DNA of 64,000 nt from assembly GCA_002189035.1 (NCBI GenBank), contig CM007990.1, positions 3,534,001 through 3,598,000 on the forward strand, given 5' to 3'. The notes under the pieces were generated by a model. It saw only the letters and a program-made list of their open reading frames with translations, searched no databases and was not told the DNA's origin. The DNA is from Utricularia gibba. Taxonomy: Eukaryota; Plantae; Magnoliophyta. This document shows, in pieces, positions 1 through 14,100 of this stretch; within the stretch, counting starts at the first letter, position 1, and every line of letters begins with the position of its first letter. A program made the position numbers and the translations under genes.

Positions 1-1830
1 AATAGGAAACTGAAGCAGAACCATGGAGAACGAAGAAGATGAACCAGAAACCAAATCTCAAAATAGTTTTAGCTTTTTCGCATAACTGTTTACTATTCCA
101 GTTATTACTTATTTTATTGTTTTTTTCTTGTTGTTAGGTTGTGGAATAAAGATGATTTTCCTATTATGCCATGAAAGTATTTTCTTTTTTCTTAGTATGA
201 GTAGTTAGTCACTTAGAGGTGTCTTAAGACAAAGAGGGATGAGCATGCTTATTGTTTACTAAATCACACTACTACTTAATTACTCTACTTCTTTAACATA
301 TCAGGATAGATATAGAAGGGGAAAGTAATGGTTTTCATCATAAATAGTCCTAATTAAAAGTAAACAAAAAATTAGGAAAAAAAAAGGATTTAGGTATACT
401 TAAGTCTTTGTTTGTTTGGTGAATGATTTTAGGTTTGGATGAGATAGTTGTAGTGACTAGCATGTTACCCTTGAATGTCCCAAGTTATGATATTATTGTA
501 GAACTCCTATTCCTAACTTATACTAAATTTCCAACAATGATAAAAACAACATGTACCAACATTCACACAACAAGTACATAGCTCTTTGTATTTGACCCTG
601 ATAAATGAAAAATTTGTGCAAGTCGTTAATTTGCAAATTTCTCCTATTAAATAAATTTATAAACCTAATTCACATCAAGTCATACGAAAAATATGAGCAT
701 AGTAGACTAGGGTCGAACACAAGGAGCTTGGTTCTTGCTATGTGAAGGTCAATGCAAAGAGTCAGTGTCACGTTGGTAAATTTGGTCTTAACTAGGACTA
801 AGGCAGAACTACGACGGAATACAGTAAAGAAAAGTAATAAGTTTTGGAGCTCGGTTGTTTCTGGAATGAAATGGGTGATGCCTTGGGACTCCTAAGGGAT
901 GTATGCTTATCACTAATCAAGCTCACACAAACCACAAATCATGCAACTAACTCACAAGATCTAGGTCTACCCGGACTCTTGTTTTTTCCCCTAATCTTTG
1001 GTCTACCTCTAATTAGGGTTGTTAAGCTGGGTTTCACTACTTCCCCTCCTGAATCTATCCTGATTTGTTAAGGAAGTGGCGTGATTTATGGTTGATTAGG
1101 TCTAAGGATGGATTAGCATATTTCTTCCCTTTTCACCCCAAGGCACCCCCTAACTGCTTAGCCACTCATGCTTAAGACAAAAGACAATAGAAAAGAAAAC
1201 ATCATCCACAATGTACTCATGTCTCAGTCGACTATCAGGAAATAAACAAGCAAGAAACTTAAAACTTCAACAGAAAGCTGGAAATGTCGCTAGCTAATCC
1301 TAGCTAAGAGTAATAATCTTTCGAAAGCAGAAAATAATCTTCAAGCATCAGCTTAGTTCCTGTTCGTCTTCCTCCTTCTTCCTCCCCCAGAAAATCTTCT
1401 CCAGAAAGTTGTCGTGAGTCTCCAAAGGGGAGATCTGCCTTCTCTCTCCATCTTTTCCACCCTTTTGTCCAAAATCTCCCTTTTTCCTCGGATTTTGTGT
1501 GTACTGCTTTTTAGACTTTTGGACTCATCTTCTGCCACTACACTGTGCATATTCGCTCCTTGAGATTTGTGTTGCGACCTGTATTGTATTGCTCAAAGAA
1601 CACTATTACGGTACTTTGCGCAAAAATATAGAACTTGATAGTAAAATCTGATTTTTGTAGCACAATATGAGTAATTTCCATGTACTCAATCACTCAAAAA
1701 TATGTGTTATCAGACCCTGATCCACTATGCTCATATTTTTTGTATGATTGAATGTGAATTAGGATTATAAATTTTATTTGATACGTGAATTTTTCAATTT
1801 TAACGACATTACTAAATTTTTCTTTCATCA
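1..1830 (+). mobile_element. Gypsy (Athila-like) LTR remnant, interrupted by a solo LTR at 599-1712
   Basis: After removing 599-1712, the flanks join as ...gctctttgtatttGACCCtgatccactatgctcatatttt...ctttcatCA (ends 1830). This matches the 3' end of the inserted LTR. The 5' boundary is not visible and may lie outside the window. Confidence 0.6.
599..1712 (-). mobile_element. Solo LTR (Athila-like gypsy) with 5-bp TSD
   Basis: Begins TG (599) and ends CA (1712). Flanked by the direct repeat GACCC at 594-598 and 1713-1717. No coding region inside. Confidence 0.85.
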
Positions 1831-1907
1831 AAGACGCTTGTGATTCAAATTTTTGGTAGACTCTAGCATGTCTTTAAATTTGAATCATAAATTGGCTAAA
1901 GAATTCA

Positions 1908-2424
1908 TGATATAGGACAAGCTCATATTGATTGCCAAAGCCCAAAAACATATAGTTTTATGATTTGGTAGAGGTACCAAGCTCATATTCCTAAAAGCCC
2001 AAGCCTATATTTATAAGCTCACATTGAAAATCATGCAGCATTAAAAAGCATGCGAATGCTTGATTATAAATATGTGGCATTTGGCAAAAAGGAAAGGAGT
2101 TTTTCTTCTTGATAGAGGTGCTTCATCTTCAAGATGAAAAGCAATTAGGAAGGTTTGGGAAGAAACATGACTTGTGAATAGTGATACGAAGAAGAGAACT
2201 CGACTTTGGTTTCAAGTTTGGCAACATTCTTCATTTATTCTCTATAGTTCTTCAGTTTTCTTAGTGGTCAATGTTAATATGATATATTAGTATTGATAGT
2301 GCTATGTTTTCTTGATGGGTCGATTCAAGACTTGAATCAAGAATTCGTGCTAGTATGAGATATTAACGTTGATGTTATTGTGTTTTTCCCAATACATTTA
2401 TTCAAAAGTTGAATCATGTCATCA
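1908..2424. mobile_element. Possible LTR fragment
   Basis: TGATAT...CATCA ends, a TATAAATA box near 2065 and short internal duplications (caagctcatatt..aaagccca). No partner copy or TSD found. Confidence 0.3.
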
Positions 2425-2699
2425 CACCACTTACTTTTCCTAAACTATCTATCTTTAGCATTGATAGGTGTCATTCTTTCATACTACCGCAAACGAACTC
2501 TTGCATTGAAACCAACTGCATTCCGGTTAGTCCCACCATGGTTGAGATCCAACATACTTGGATAGCATTCTGGCTAGTCCATAGGCCTTCAATTGGTCCA
2601 CCAATCCTTCAAGTGTGTGGATGAAAAAATGTAGTCAATCCAAGGGAAGTTAACTAGGGAGTTCTCTAGTCAAACTAAAAGAATGAAAGGGTTGACGAT

Positions 2700-3570
2700 G
2701 ATCAAGGTTTTCTTGTAAATAAATAGATGAGTTTGATTCAAGCATTTGAACAAGAATGTCAATAGGCGCTAACTCAATTGTCTGAAGCCACAAGAAGCTA
2801 CTTTGGTGGGGTTGACATGTCAACTTGGAAGACGAAACTACCCACTTTAGTAACATCGATTTATCCAAGACTACCCAAAGCGTCCCCTCAACTCTAGAAA
2901 GGATCTAGTCTACTCACATCTTGTGGAATGTGGATGTCATAGTCGTTATTGGGAATTTTCTTTCCAATGTAACAATAATATTAGGTTCTCTCCCATCCTT
3001 TTCTTTTCTTGATTGGACCAAGGCACTATTCAATTTCCCAACCCAAGTCTTTCGTCATTTCTGTTGTGGAGCAAAGCTGTCAAAAAATGAAATGAATCCA
3101 AGAAAATATTGTTCTCTCAAAACCATCGATCCTCACTACCACTCCTTGTGATGCTACAGAACCATTGCAATTAGGATCTCAAGATGCAGCAACACCTATG
3201 CTACAAGGAATTATAGACTTACATCAGGATATCTTTTTCTTTTTTATTCTGATTTTTGTTTTTGTATCATGGATCTTGGATCACACTATATGACACTTCC
3301 ACTATAAATACTATTGAGATTCCATAGACCATATTTCCTAGCATCATTCTTATGTTTATTGTATCATTTGTTTTATTATATTCAATGGACGAGGTGCTAT
3401 GGAATAATGCTGCCATTACTATCAAAGCTATTGGACATCAATGGTATTGATCTTATGAATATTCGGACTATACCAGTTCCGATGAACAACTTTTGATGGT
3501 TATACGATTTCAGAAGATGATCTAGAATTGGGTCAATCACATTTATTAGAAGTGGATAACAAAGTGGTTG
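2700..3570 (-). mobile_element. Decayed gypsy integrase C-terminal region
   Basis: Broken minus-strand translations (GTTTLLSTS..., KVVHRTG..., PNNDYDIHIPQDV) resemble chromovirus integrase segments GTKLLFSTT, VHRSTG and NNAYKIDLP. Many stops and frameshifts. Confidence 0.5.
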
Positions 3571-4490
3571 TACCAGAAAAAACTCATTTACGCATTATTG
3601 TAACACTAGCTGATGTACCTCATAATTGAGATGTACCCTCCTTAGGTGTCAAATGTGATGCTATACCTGGTCATTTAAACTAGACCTCTATTTCAGTACA
3701 ACGAGAATGAGTTTACTATGGTCGGTGCAATGAGATTTGTTGAACTAATTATGCCTTTATGCATGTGCCCAGAACCATAGGCTGACTGTTGAGCCCACTT
3801 TGGCTCAACCGCATCACCTAGGGTGCAAGCCATTGGAACATCAAGCTAAACCAGCGAGCGGATGGAGCTTTATGGAGCCAAGGAGCAAGGTAATAGATAA
3901 GATAGAAGAAGGGCCCAAGCTGCCAGTGTAGGAGAGGAGATGGTTAGGATAGTGAATTGAGGAGACGGTTAGGATAACGAACTTGAAACGCGGAGTGAGT
4001 GGTTAGTGGTTAATAACACCCTAGTTGATGGCATTCCTCTCTGCGATGAGCACTCAAGGAACCAAGGGACACCCTCCATACAAATCAAGCAAGTCTTAGG
4101 GATGAGACGCCCATGCAAGGACCTCGATTCTCATTTTGAGGTCGAACCAAGTACCTATGGAAGTTGGGGCAACTCCATCCCCATGTGCAATGCTATTGTG
4201 TCCTTGAGGGAGGAGTTTAGAGGCCAACTAGTAGTGCTGACTTCTTCTTTTTTTTTATTGGTAATGCAAAGAAGGCCAGTCCAAGATCGTACTCTTCCTC
4301 TACAAAGACAGGAGACACTCTCAATTCAATGATTTCGATCCACTCTCCTTTTGAGTTCTTCCAGCTTCTTTATGATTTCATCCCATTGAGCGTAATACTT
4401 GAAGTGAGCAAAAGAGGTGAACAAAGAAAAAAAAAAGAGGGTCATCTTGGCTCTAGGAGAAGGACCTGAAACGACAGTTGAACTTCGTCC

Positions 4491-4940
4491 GCTTAGAACA
4501 TGCAAGAGAGTAGGATGTTTGGCTATTTGAGGAAAATGTTGGAAATATTGAAAGTGTTATTGAGAAAAATATTGCTGCGCAGCTTGCAATCTTTGGTTCA
4601 GCCATTGGCATTTATAAGTTCCAAAACTAGCCGTTGTTGTGTCCTGTTGTTGCAGCCTGCACTTCATGTGCGTTGGCTTCTAAAACAGCATTCAATTCAC
4701 GTGGGCTGCTGGGTTGTATAGTGGTGTAGTTGGGCTATTGCTAGATCACCAAGGTACTTGGCGGCCCAGAACTCCTGAGCCCATGACCTTTCATAGTTTC
4801 TAGCCAAGCTCCTTCTCTATACATGTTCTTCACAATCGATTCTCCTCTCTCATATGAAATCTCCGATGCTTCGTGTAAATTTCCGGTTAGACATCCACTA
4901 GCCATTGCCCAGTTCTTCACTTCCTCATCAATTACTGACA
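4491..4940 (-). repeat. 3' LTR of copia element
   Basis: Aligns end to end with 9360-9798 (roughly 80-85% by eye). The terminal TG on the plus strand is mutated to GC. Confidence 0.88.
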
Positions 4941-7900
4941 TTCTCCCGTATGGAGATCTAATCATTTTGCTTGCGGAATTCAATCGAAGCCCTAGAAGTT
5001 GATGTATTCTGTAGAAGGTTTTTAGGAATAGGCATTTGGTGAGAATGTCTGCAGCTTGGTCTTCATATGGTATGTATTCGAGCCATATGGAGCCTTCATA
5101 CATAATTTCTGAGCATATGATACTTGATCATAATATGTTTCATTTTGCCAAATATGATTGATTTTTGAGTGATACTGATTTTTGATTTGTTGTCGATTCA
5201 TAGGATTACAAGACTATTAATTTCTATTTTCAGATCTCCTCAGAGCTTAATTAATCATTGCACGTGGTTTGCGGATTCTAAAGGGACAATGTATTCTGCC
5301 TCTATTGACAACCATGCTATGACATCCTGTCTTATACTATTCCAAGCAAACGCCACAGAGCCTAGGTTGAAATGATATCTAGTTGTTGATTTGCAACCGA
5401 TTTCATCCCAAGCAAAGTATGAGTCGACGCATCCCTACTAAATTGAGTTAGTGTCCTTCTTATAGTATAGTCCTAAATTATTTTACATTTTAGATATCTA
5501 AGTATTTTCCTTGCTATTTTCATGTGCATTGTTTGTGGTTTGTGCTATTTTATGTCTAGTCTAGTAGCACTGAGGTATAATAATAAATCAATAAGTTTCT
5601 GATATTCTTGTGTTTCAATAACCTTTGCATGTAGGCTGTTCATCCTTTATCTATCTTAAGGTGAGAAAGGTACCAAAGCTACTTTAGTTTTCTCCATGTT
5701 CAGCCTTTTCAATAGATCCATCATATACTTCTTTTGATTTATAATTATGAACTCTTTATGCTGCAAAATTTCTATTTTAAGGAAGTATCGAGCGAGGCTT
5801 AGATCTATGAGTTCAAATCGTTGCTGCAACAGGTTCTTTTGTTCTGAAATAAACTCTTCGTTATTTCCGTTGTTTAATATGTCGTTGACATAAAGTGAGA
5901 TAATGATCTTTCCTTTTGAGCTTTCGAGCATGTATAATGTAGTATTATTTTTGCTTCGGTAGTATTCTTGATCTGGGAAAAATTTGTCGAGAGTAGAATA
6001 CCACTCTTTAGGTGCCTGTTTGAATTCATATAGAGTCTTGTTAAATTTAAAGACATGCTTTGGATGATCCTTGATGGCGAAGCCGGGTGGTGCTTTCACA
6101 TATGTATCTTCGTTTAGATCACCTTTCAAAAATGTGCTTTTGATATCTAAGTGATGAAGTTTCCATCGATGCAGGCTGATAGGGCTACTATGAGCTTGAT
6201 GGCATTCAATCTAGCAATGAGCACAAAAGTTTCTAGGTAATCTATTTCTGATTTCTATAGATGACACTTTAATACCAACCTAGCTTTGAGCTTAATGAGC
6301 ATCCTGTTGGGGTTTAGTTTGGCTTTGAATATCCACTTAAATTCTAAAGGTTTTGTGTTCTTCGGTCAAGGAACTGCTTCTCATACATTATGGGTGTGTA
6401 TAGATTCCAACTTAGGATCCATAGAGCTTCTTATACGCTATTGGGTTCATGTACTAACAAGCATTGATCAAGGATGTCTTGGAGCAGTTGATAACCCTTT
6501 CTCATAGGTTCATCTTCACGATCATGGGGATTGGTACAAAGATGATGAGGTAGGTAAGGCAAGACTCCTGACTTATACCATAGTCTTTCAAGTAATTTGT
6601 ATTTTCAGAATCAGAAGTAGTACTAGTCTTTTGATAGCATAGGGTAGACAATCCATTGTAGTTGTATCCTTGTGTGGGTTTTGGGCTTCATCTAAAGTGT
6701 CAATATCTCAATCAACATTATCAATAAATTGTACAAGTATTTGTTCTATATCACCCTCCTCACTATTTAAGGATGTAATTTCTAGTATAAATTCCATGAG
6801 ATTTGAAAGTTGTTGGTATGTTTGTTTCATATCATTAACTTGAGCAATGACTTCTAGACTCTAAAGTAAGGATCTAGGTTCCATGAAAGGCATTGAATCT
6901 AGGTCCTATTAGAATATTCCTCATGAGCCTAATGATGTATGAATTTGTTGTTGATTTAACTCATTTGTTGTGACATTTTCATCCAAGATTTCCATCTACT
7001 TAGCAATGTGTTGTTCTTGACTTGTCTGTTTGAGATTGACGTTTTCAGAATTAGTTGTGAAATCCATTGAGGGAAATAAATGTTGAATGGCACTAGAATA
7101 AGAGGACTGATTCTTTGTTTATAATGAGGTATTTCTTCAGTCATAGACTATGTCCTTATCCACTATCATGTCCCGGCTGATTTTTACTTCATTTGTTTGT
7201 AGCTTCAATACTTGTATCCTTTACTTGTATCAGCATATCCTAGAAAAATTTCAGGTTCGCATCTTTTATCCCATTTTGTTCACCTATCCTCGGGAATATA
7301 AATGTAGCAAGGTGAGCCGAAAACTTTCACATGATGTAACACCGGGACCTTGTTGTACCAAAGCTCGTAAGGGCTTTTGCTACCCTCATTACCTTTAGTG
7401 AGCAAGCAATTCAATAGATATATCGCAGTGTTTATGATCTCTCCCCATAATTCCTTAGGTAATCTTTTTGGTACAATAGACATGTGGCCATGTTGACTAT
7501 GGTTTGATTTTTCCTCTCAGGGATCCCATTTTGCTCTAGTGTGTAGGGAGTCGTAAACTAATGAATAATGTCATTACTCTCACATAAGTTTTTCAATTCT
7601 AAAGATTTATATTCACCTCCATTGTCATATCTGAAGGTGAGAATTTTTCAGCTATTTTGGATCTCTGCAAGAGATTTGAAGACGTTGAAGTAGTGCAGTA
7701 CCTTGGCCTTGCACGTAAAAAGATATATCAAAGTGTACTTGAAATATTCATCCATGAATATAACGTAATATCTATTTCCTACCCTAGTAGATGTATTCAT
7801 CGGGCTGCATACATCGCTAGTCACCACCTCTATTTTGCCTTGAGAGTGAGCACTGAGTTGGGGAAAGGATTTCCGGTTCATTTTGCATTCAAGGTAGGTT

Positions 7901-9339
7901 TGCCATTTTCTTTTAGACTCAATTCTAGTATGTCTTTTGTGAGGTTATTCCTTTTTAGTGTCATGAGAGAGACATAGTGATGGTGTCCAAGTCTCTAATG
8001 CCACAACTTGGATTTTTCTATAACTGCAAGACATACATCCTTGATGAGAGGTGACTTTGAGAGCACTAGAGGGAAGATTCTATTAATCATATTGCACATC
8101 AGTATTACGTTGTTCTTAGCATCTTTTATAATAGATATGTTGTGTTTCAAGTGAACTTTGAATCCCTTTTCCTCCAGCTGCCCTAAACTCAATAAGTTGT
8201 GAGATATGCTCGGAATCAAGTACACATCCGAGATTTTTATCAGTTTTTGAGCAATTTCAATGCACACAGTTCCCACACCCAAAATAGGTATCTACTTCCC
8301 ATTTGCAATCTCGATAAATTTTTCTGAGAGATCTATGATATGCGAGAATATGCTTTTGTCATTTGTTAGGTGGTGATTGCAGCCACTGTCAACTAGCCAG
8401 ACCACTTGTTTTTGAAGATCTAACTAGTTTCTCCGATCAATGATCTTAACCTCTACATTGAAGGATACATCATTTTTAGAGTTAACTAGTTTCTCCACAT
8501 GATTAATAATCTCTTGACCCCCCCCCTCCAACTAATGATATTTCTTCAATGGGTAGACATGGTCAACATGACCTTTGAGCAAGTCATAGGCATAGTTTGC
8601 ACCCGGATTCCAAAAGCATTGCAAGGGTGAGTGACCTTTCCATTTGGAGAGAGTGCATGAACTATTTTTGGTATTTTTCTCATGTTTGGCTTGAATAACT
8701 CCTTCCTGAGGAATCTAGTTTTATGAGCTTAAAAGGGCATTTCTGGGTTGTGCAACTGATCAAGAGTATATAGTTTGACTTCCACTCCTTTTAATCCCTC
8801 GAGAAGCTGTTTGGAGCTCATGGACTGAATGTGCCCATCGAACTTAAATGGAGTGAGTGCATATTCAAATTGATGAGGTACAACACTAATGATTTGTGCA
8901 CATAAGCAACTATCTTCTATTTTTTCACCCAAGCACTCGAGACCTCAAAAAATCTTGGGTAGTTTCTTTGAAAAATTAGCAATTGACTGACCTGGCTGGA
9001 TCTTCAATATCTTGTATTGTTTCCATAGTTTAGATATCTCTATTGGTATTGTTTGCGTATCTTTTCCATATATTGAAGCTAGTATATCTCATGTCTCTTT
9101 TGGAGTACTGCAGTTCATAATGAGGTCGTAAGTGTCGCCGATAATAGCTCCATCGAGGATAACTTGAGCTTGATCAGCGTTCTCATCCCAGGCGACCTTT
9201 TCTTCATCTATTTTCCAGCGTAATTTATTGAGACTAACCTGGCTATTTGTGCACTAATGAGGTAGGAAGCCTTGAAATCATTTAGATTGTGACTGATGGT
9301 TTGAAGTCTATGAATAGAAGGTTTTCTGGAAAGAAAGCA

Positions 9340-9359
9340 GATTCATGTCGGGTTCACCA
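9340..9359 (-). promoter_or_regulatory. Primer-binding site complementary to cytosolic tRNA-Trp
   Basis: Plus strand gattcatgtcgggttcacca matches the recalled plant tRNA-Trp 3' end GATTCACGTCGGGTTCACCA at 19/20 positions, with no spacer to the LTR. Confidence 0.85.
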
Positions 9360-9798
9360 TGTTAGAACATGCAAGGTAGTAAGATGTTTGGTTGTTTGAG
9401 GAAGATGTTGGAAATATTGAAAAAAATATTGCTGCACAGCTTACAATTTTTGGTTACAACCACTGACATTTATAAGTTCCAAAACTAGCCATTGTTGTGT
9501 CCTGTTGTCCCAATTTGTACTTCACATGCATTGGCTTCTAGAACAGCATTCAATCTATGAGAACTACTGGAAGGTATAGAGGTGTAGTTGGGCTGTTGCC
9601 AAACCACCAAGGTACTTGGCGGCCGAATACTCCTAGGCTCATGGTTATTCATAGCTTCTGGCCAAGCTCCTTCTCTGTACATGTTCTTCACAACCGATTC
9701 TCCTCTCTCACATGAAATCTCCAATGCTTCCTATAAATTGTTGGTTAGACATCCATCAGCCGTTGCCCGGTTCTTCACTTCCACATCAATTATTGACA
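9360..9798 (-). repeat. 5' LTR of copia element
   Basis: TGTTAGAAC...TATTGACA, homologous to 4491-4940 and directly adjacent to the PBS. Confidence 0.9.
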
Positions 9799-10311
9799 CG
9801 TCCATCCTCAATGCAATTCACATAGTGCCTCATCTCTTCACTACATCCATCCTCCCCTTCATCAATCTCAACTTCATTGCAAATGCATTGCATCCAATGA
9901 GTGGAACAACAGTGAAGCGATTTTAGTTGAATGAGATGAAACATAACTACATGTAGTCGATTAAAAAGAGTAGATAAAAGAAAGTCATTTCATGGACCCT
10001 CGCTTTTCAGTGCACCTCTCAACTTACACTATGGTAGAGGAGGTGTCATGAAGATCTAGGTGTGTGAGCAGTATGAGCTAAAAGGCTCCCATACTATTTG
10101 AAGGGTAGAGGGCATTGATGACAAACAATGTGACCCCTATCTATCATTGTAGAAGCAATTCCTCAAAAAGATTATGGTTCTCGGGTATCTAATCAATTAA
10201 TCCCACAAACCGGTGAGGCTTCTCTGTTTTCATAGCATCACCTTTAGAGTTGTGCATTTTGGATGGACCTATATCGGTTGTAGTCTTCTAAGCCTATTTT
10301 GTCAAGAGGGT

Positions 10312-11180
<869 letters not shown>

Positions 11181-11194
11181 AAATACCTATAATT

Positions 11195-14100
11195 AAATAA
11201 CTAAGATTTTTTTTTATATAAATTATCAAAATTAAATTTCACATCATTATGCAGAAGTTTGTTGAGTGGTTAAGAGATTTTTGAAAAATTCTGAATAAAT
11301 TTCTTATAGAAACCAACATGCTCCAAAAAAGATCTCACACTTTCTACATCAATTGGATAAAACAATATAGTCTTAATCTCAATTTTTACCTTATCAATTT
11401 CAATATCTCTTCTAGAGATAATATGACTAAGAATAATACCATGTTTTACCATAAAATGACACTTTTTAAAATTAAGAATAAGGTTCTTCTCAACACATTT
11501 ATGCAATACTTGGTTCAAATGATCTAACATGACTCATAATCTTACTCATTTATGCAAAATCATCCATAAAAATTTTCATAAAATTCTTATCAAAATTGGA
11601 GAAAATATTGATTATACACATTCGAAAAGTAATAGGTGCGTTGCACAACTCGAAAGGTATCCTTTTGTAGGGTAGGCTCCAAATGAACAAGTGAAAGTAG
11701 TTTTGTATTAATCTTTCCCAGAAATAACAACTTAATTATATCTATCCAAAAAACGATAAAATGACTTGGTTATATATAAACATGTCATCCATTTTGGATC
11801 CTTTGTGATACAAGTTCACTTTTCTCATTTTCAACCACTCTCATTCCATTCTTCTTTGGCAACACATGAATTGGATTGACCCACTCATTATCTTTGATGG
11901 AGAAATAATACCTGCATCATGAAGTTTCACAATTTCTCTTTTACCCATTTTATCATGTTTAGTTTGAGATTGATGAACATGTTTGACTCTATCCTCCAAA
12001 AGAATCCTATGCATATATATCGGATATATTTCTTCAATATCCAAGAGAATGTTATGTACCTCGAGTAGCCATTATTCTTGGTCTAAGCTAAAATTATTAA
12101 AGATCATAACATGATTACTCATTTCCTCATCTAAGAAAGCATACTTCAAGTGCATAGGTAGTGACTTTAGTTCAGTTGTTCTCTTCTAAGATTGTAGTTT
12201 GAACAATATTTAACTACTCGCATCTTGTTTTAGCTTCTATTCTGGCAAGTTATTATTACTCATGTTCTTCTTCCATCTCTTGAATATACTTCTAAAAATG
12301 TTGTTCAACTAACTTATCTACAACATCCATTGAACATACACTCTCAAAGTCACTTGAATAGTTGTTCATATTTTTATCTTTAGTATAATCTTGTCCTCAT
12401 CTAAAGACAACTCATTAGTGCTCATATTTAATTATAGAATTTGAGGTGGTTAAAAATTTTCTAAAAATACCAGCTGTTCAATTTTCACCAAAACATTTTC
12501 AACTAGTCCCTTCGGAAAGATTACTTTTCGATCTAATAGCTCTATTTGCACTCACGAAGTTTGTAGAGGACCTAACTTGATAGTCTCATAAATGAAAAAT
12601 GATATTACATTTATTAAGACTCTAGGTTAGGAATGAAAAAGATTTCTAAATCATTGCATTTCTCCTATAGTTTCTAAGAAGAGTTAAACAACTCTGACTT
12701 AATTTCACATTCCCTTTTCATTCAACTTTGGTTTAGATATACAAAGTTGCTTTAGATATTTTATATTTTTCGGTACCAAGTCAATATACTATAGAAGTAT
12801 TAAGTTTGATTGTATGTTATCTAAAGCTTTAATATTTTATATTTCTTGTGCTATTCCTTTTTTGCTTTTAGTCTTCCAACAAATGGAAGTTGTATTACCT
12901 TCAAATCAATAAATTCCATAGCAATCTTTGCATCATTTCCTTATTTCACTACAAATTCATATTCTTCTTCTGCATCAATTTTATTCTTAGGTTGTATTAA
13001 TTTTCTTCCAAGTTTTTCTTTTCAATTTTTTAGTGTCATCGTGCTAATATTTTGTCATCTCCCAAAGTTATGATTCTGCTTAGTATGTGATGGTAAACTC
13101 CCTTTTTGTTTCAATTACCCAACTATTACCAATTGAGTCATTTGAATTTCCAACTTTTTGATTACTTGTTGGTTCTTGACTTACTTCTTGATGGATTGTG
13201 TAATAAATGTTTTCAAGATTTTTGTACAACGAGTTTCCATATTTCCTTCCAACATGGATTTGGATTGAAGGCGGAATTTATTGTTATTGCTTCTGAAATG
13301 GAGAAGCTTGATAAGAACGTGGTCAACTATTGGAAATTTTGTTTGAATCTTTGTTTTTCCATCTAAAATTAAGTTGATCTCTTTATCTTGGATTATATAT
13401 ATTTGAGTAACGATCATACTTTTTCTATGGTTGAGATTCTAGATATCGCACTATCCTTACATGTTCTTCTTCTAGCAAGTCTAGACACTTATAAATAATA
13501 TGTCTCATTCTATAACAATTGTCATAAAGCGTATTCTTAGCTTGTAATAAAAATTATTTTTTCATCATCTTAGACATCGTAACAATATTCTTTGTTACCT
13601 TGCTTTCTAATGTTTTTGGCTTCCTATTGATGCTCTTGGAGTGTTCAGCCAATTCTTCAAGTAAAACTAGAGCTTTCATAGGTGTTTTCTTTCGCAAGAA
13701 ACATCTAGTAGATGAATTAACCATTGCATAATTAGTACAAAGTAATTCATCATAAAAATACTTTATGAAAGAATTAGTTTGAAATCTATGATGCAGAAAG
13801 GGTATTCATAGATGATTGAAACAGTTTCAATATTCATGAAAGGATTCACATTCAATTGTTCAATGTCACTGATTTCTTTTCTAATTCCCTCTATCTTAGA
13901 AGCTGGAAAATACTTAAAAACTTTCTTAAATCCAAACCAATCAATTATGCATTCCATCTTCAGAGAATTAAATCATATTTTTGCACTCCTTCCTTCTAAC
14001 GTGAATTGAAATGCTCTTGAACAAAGAGCATCCTTTTTCATGCTATCACTTTTGAAGGTACATATTGCCATGGCATTAGCCAAGTGCTCATGTGAATTCT

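Larger units (their letters stand above)
4491..9798 (-). mobile_element. Full-length but decayed Ty1/copia retrotransposon (5.3 kb)
   Basis: Two homologous LTRs (4491-4940, 9360-9798) and TSD CGTCC (4486-4490, 9799-9803). PBS abuts the 5' LTR and a degenerate PPT lies at 4941-4955. Domain order gag (degenerate twin zinc knuckle about 8540-8680), protease (7995-8282), integrase (7280-7881), RT (5656-6129), RNase H end (EDQAADILTK, about 5000-5100). All ORFs are broken. Confidence 0.92.

Noticed and set aside
599-1830. Apparent TIR/fold-back element with 115-bp inverted ends
   Set aside because: No TSD flanks 599-1830. The GACCC TSD at 594-598 and 1713-1717 explains it as nested LTRs.
4741-5103. 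120-aa ORF as a host gene
   Set aside because: It is the copia RNase H end reading through into the 3' LTR. The same peptide text recurs at 9485-9724 in the other LTR.
13259-13271. 13-nt match to miR159 (tttggattgaagg)
   Set aside because: The match breaks after 13 nt, no hairpin partner is seen, and it lies inside Athila gag.
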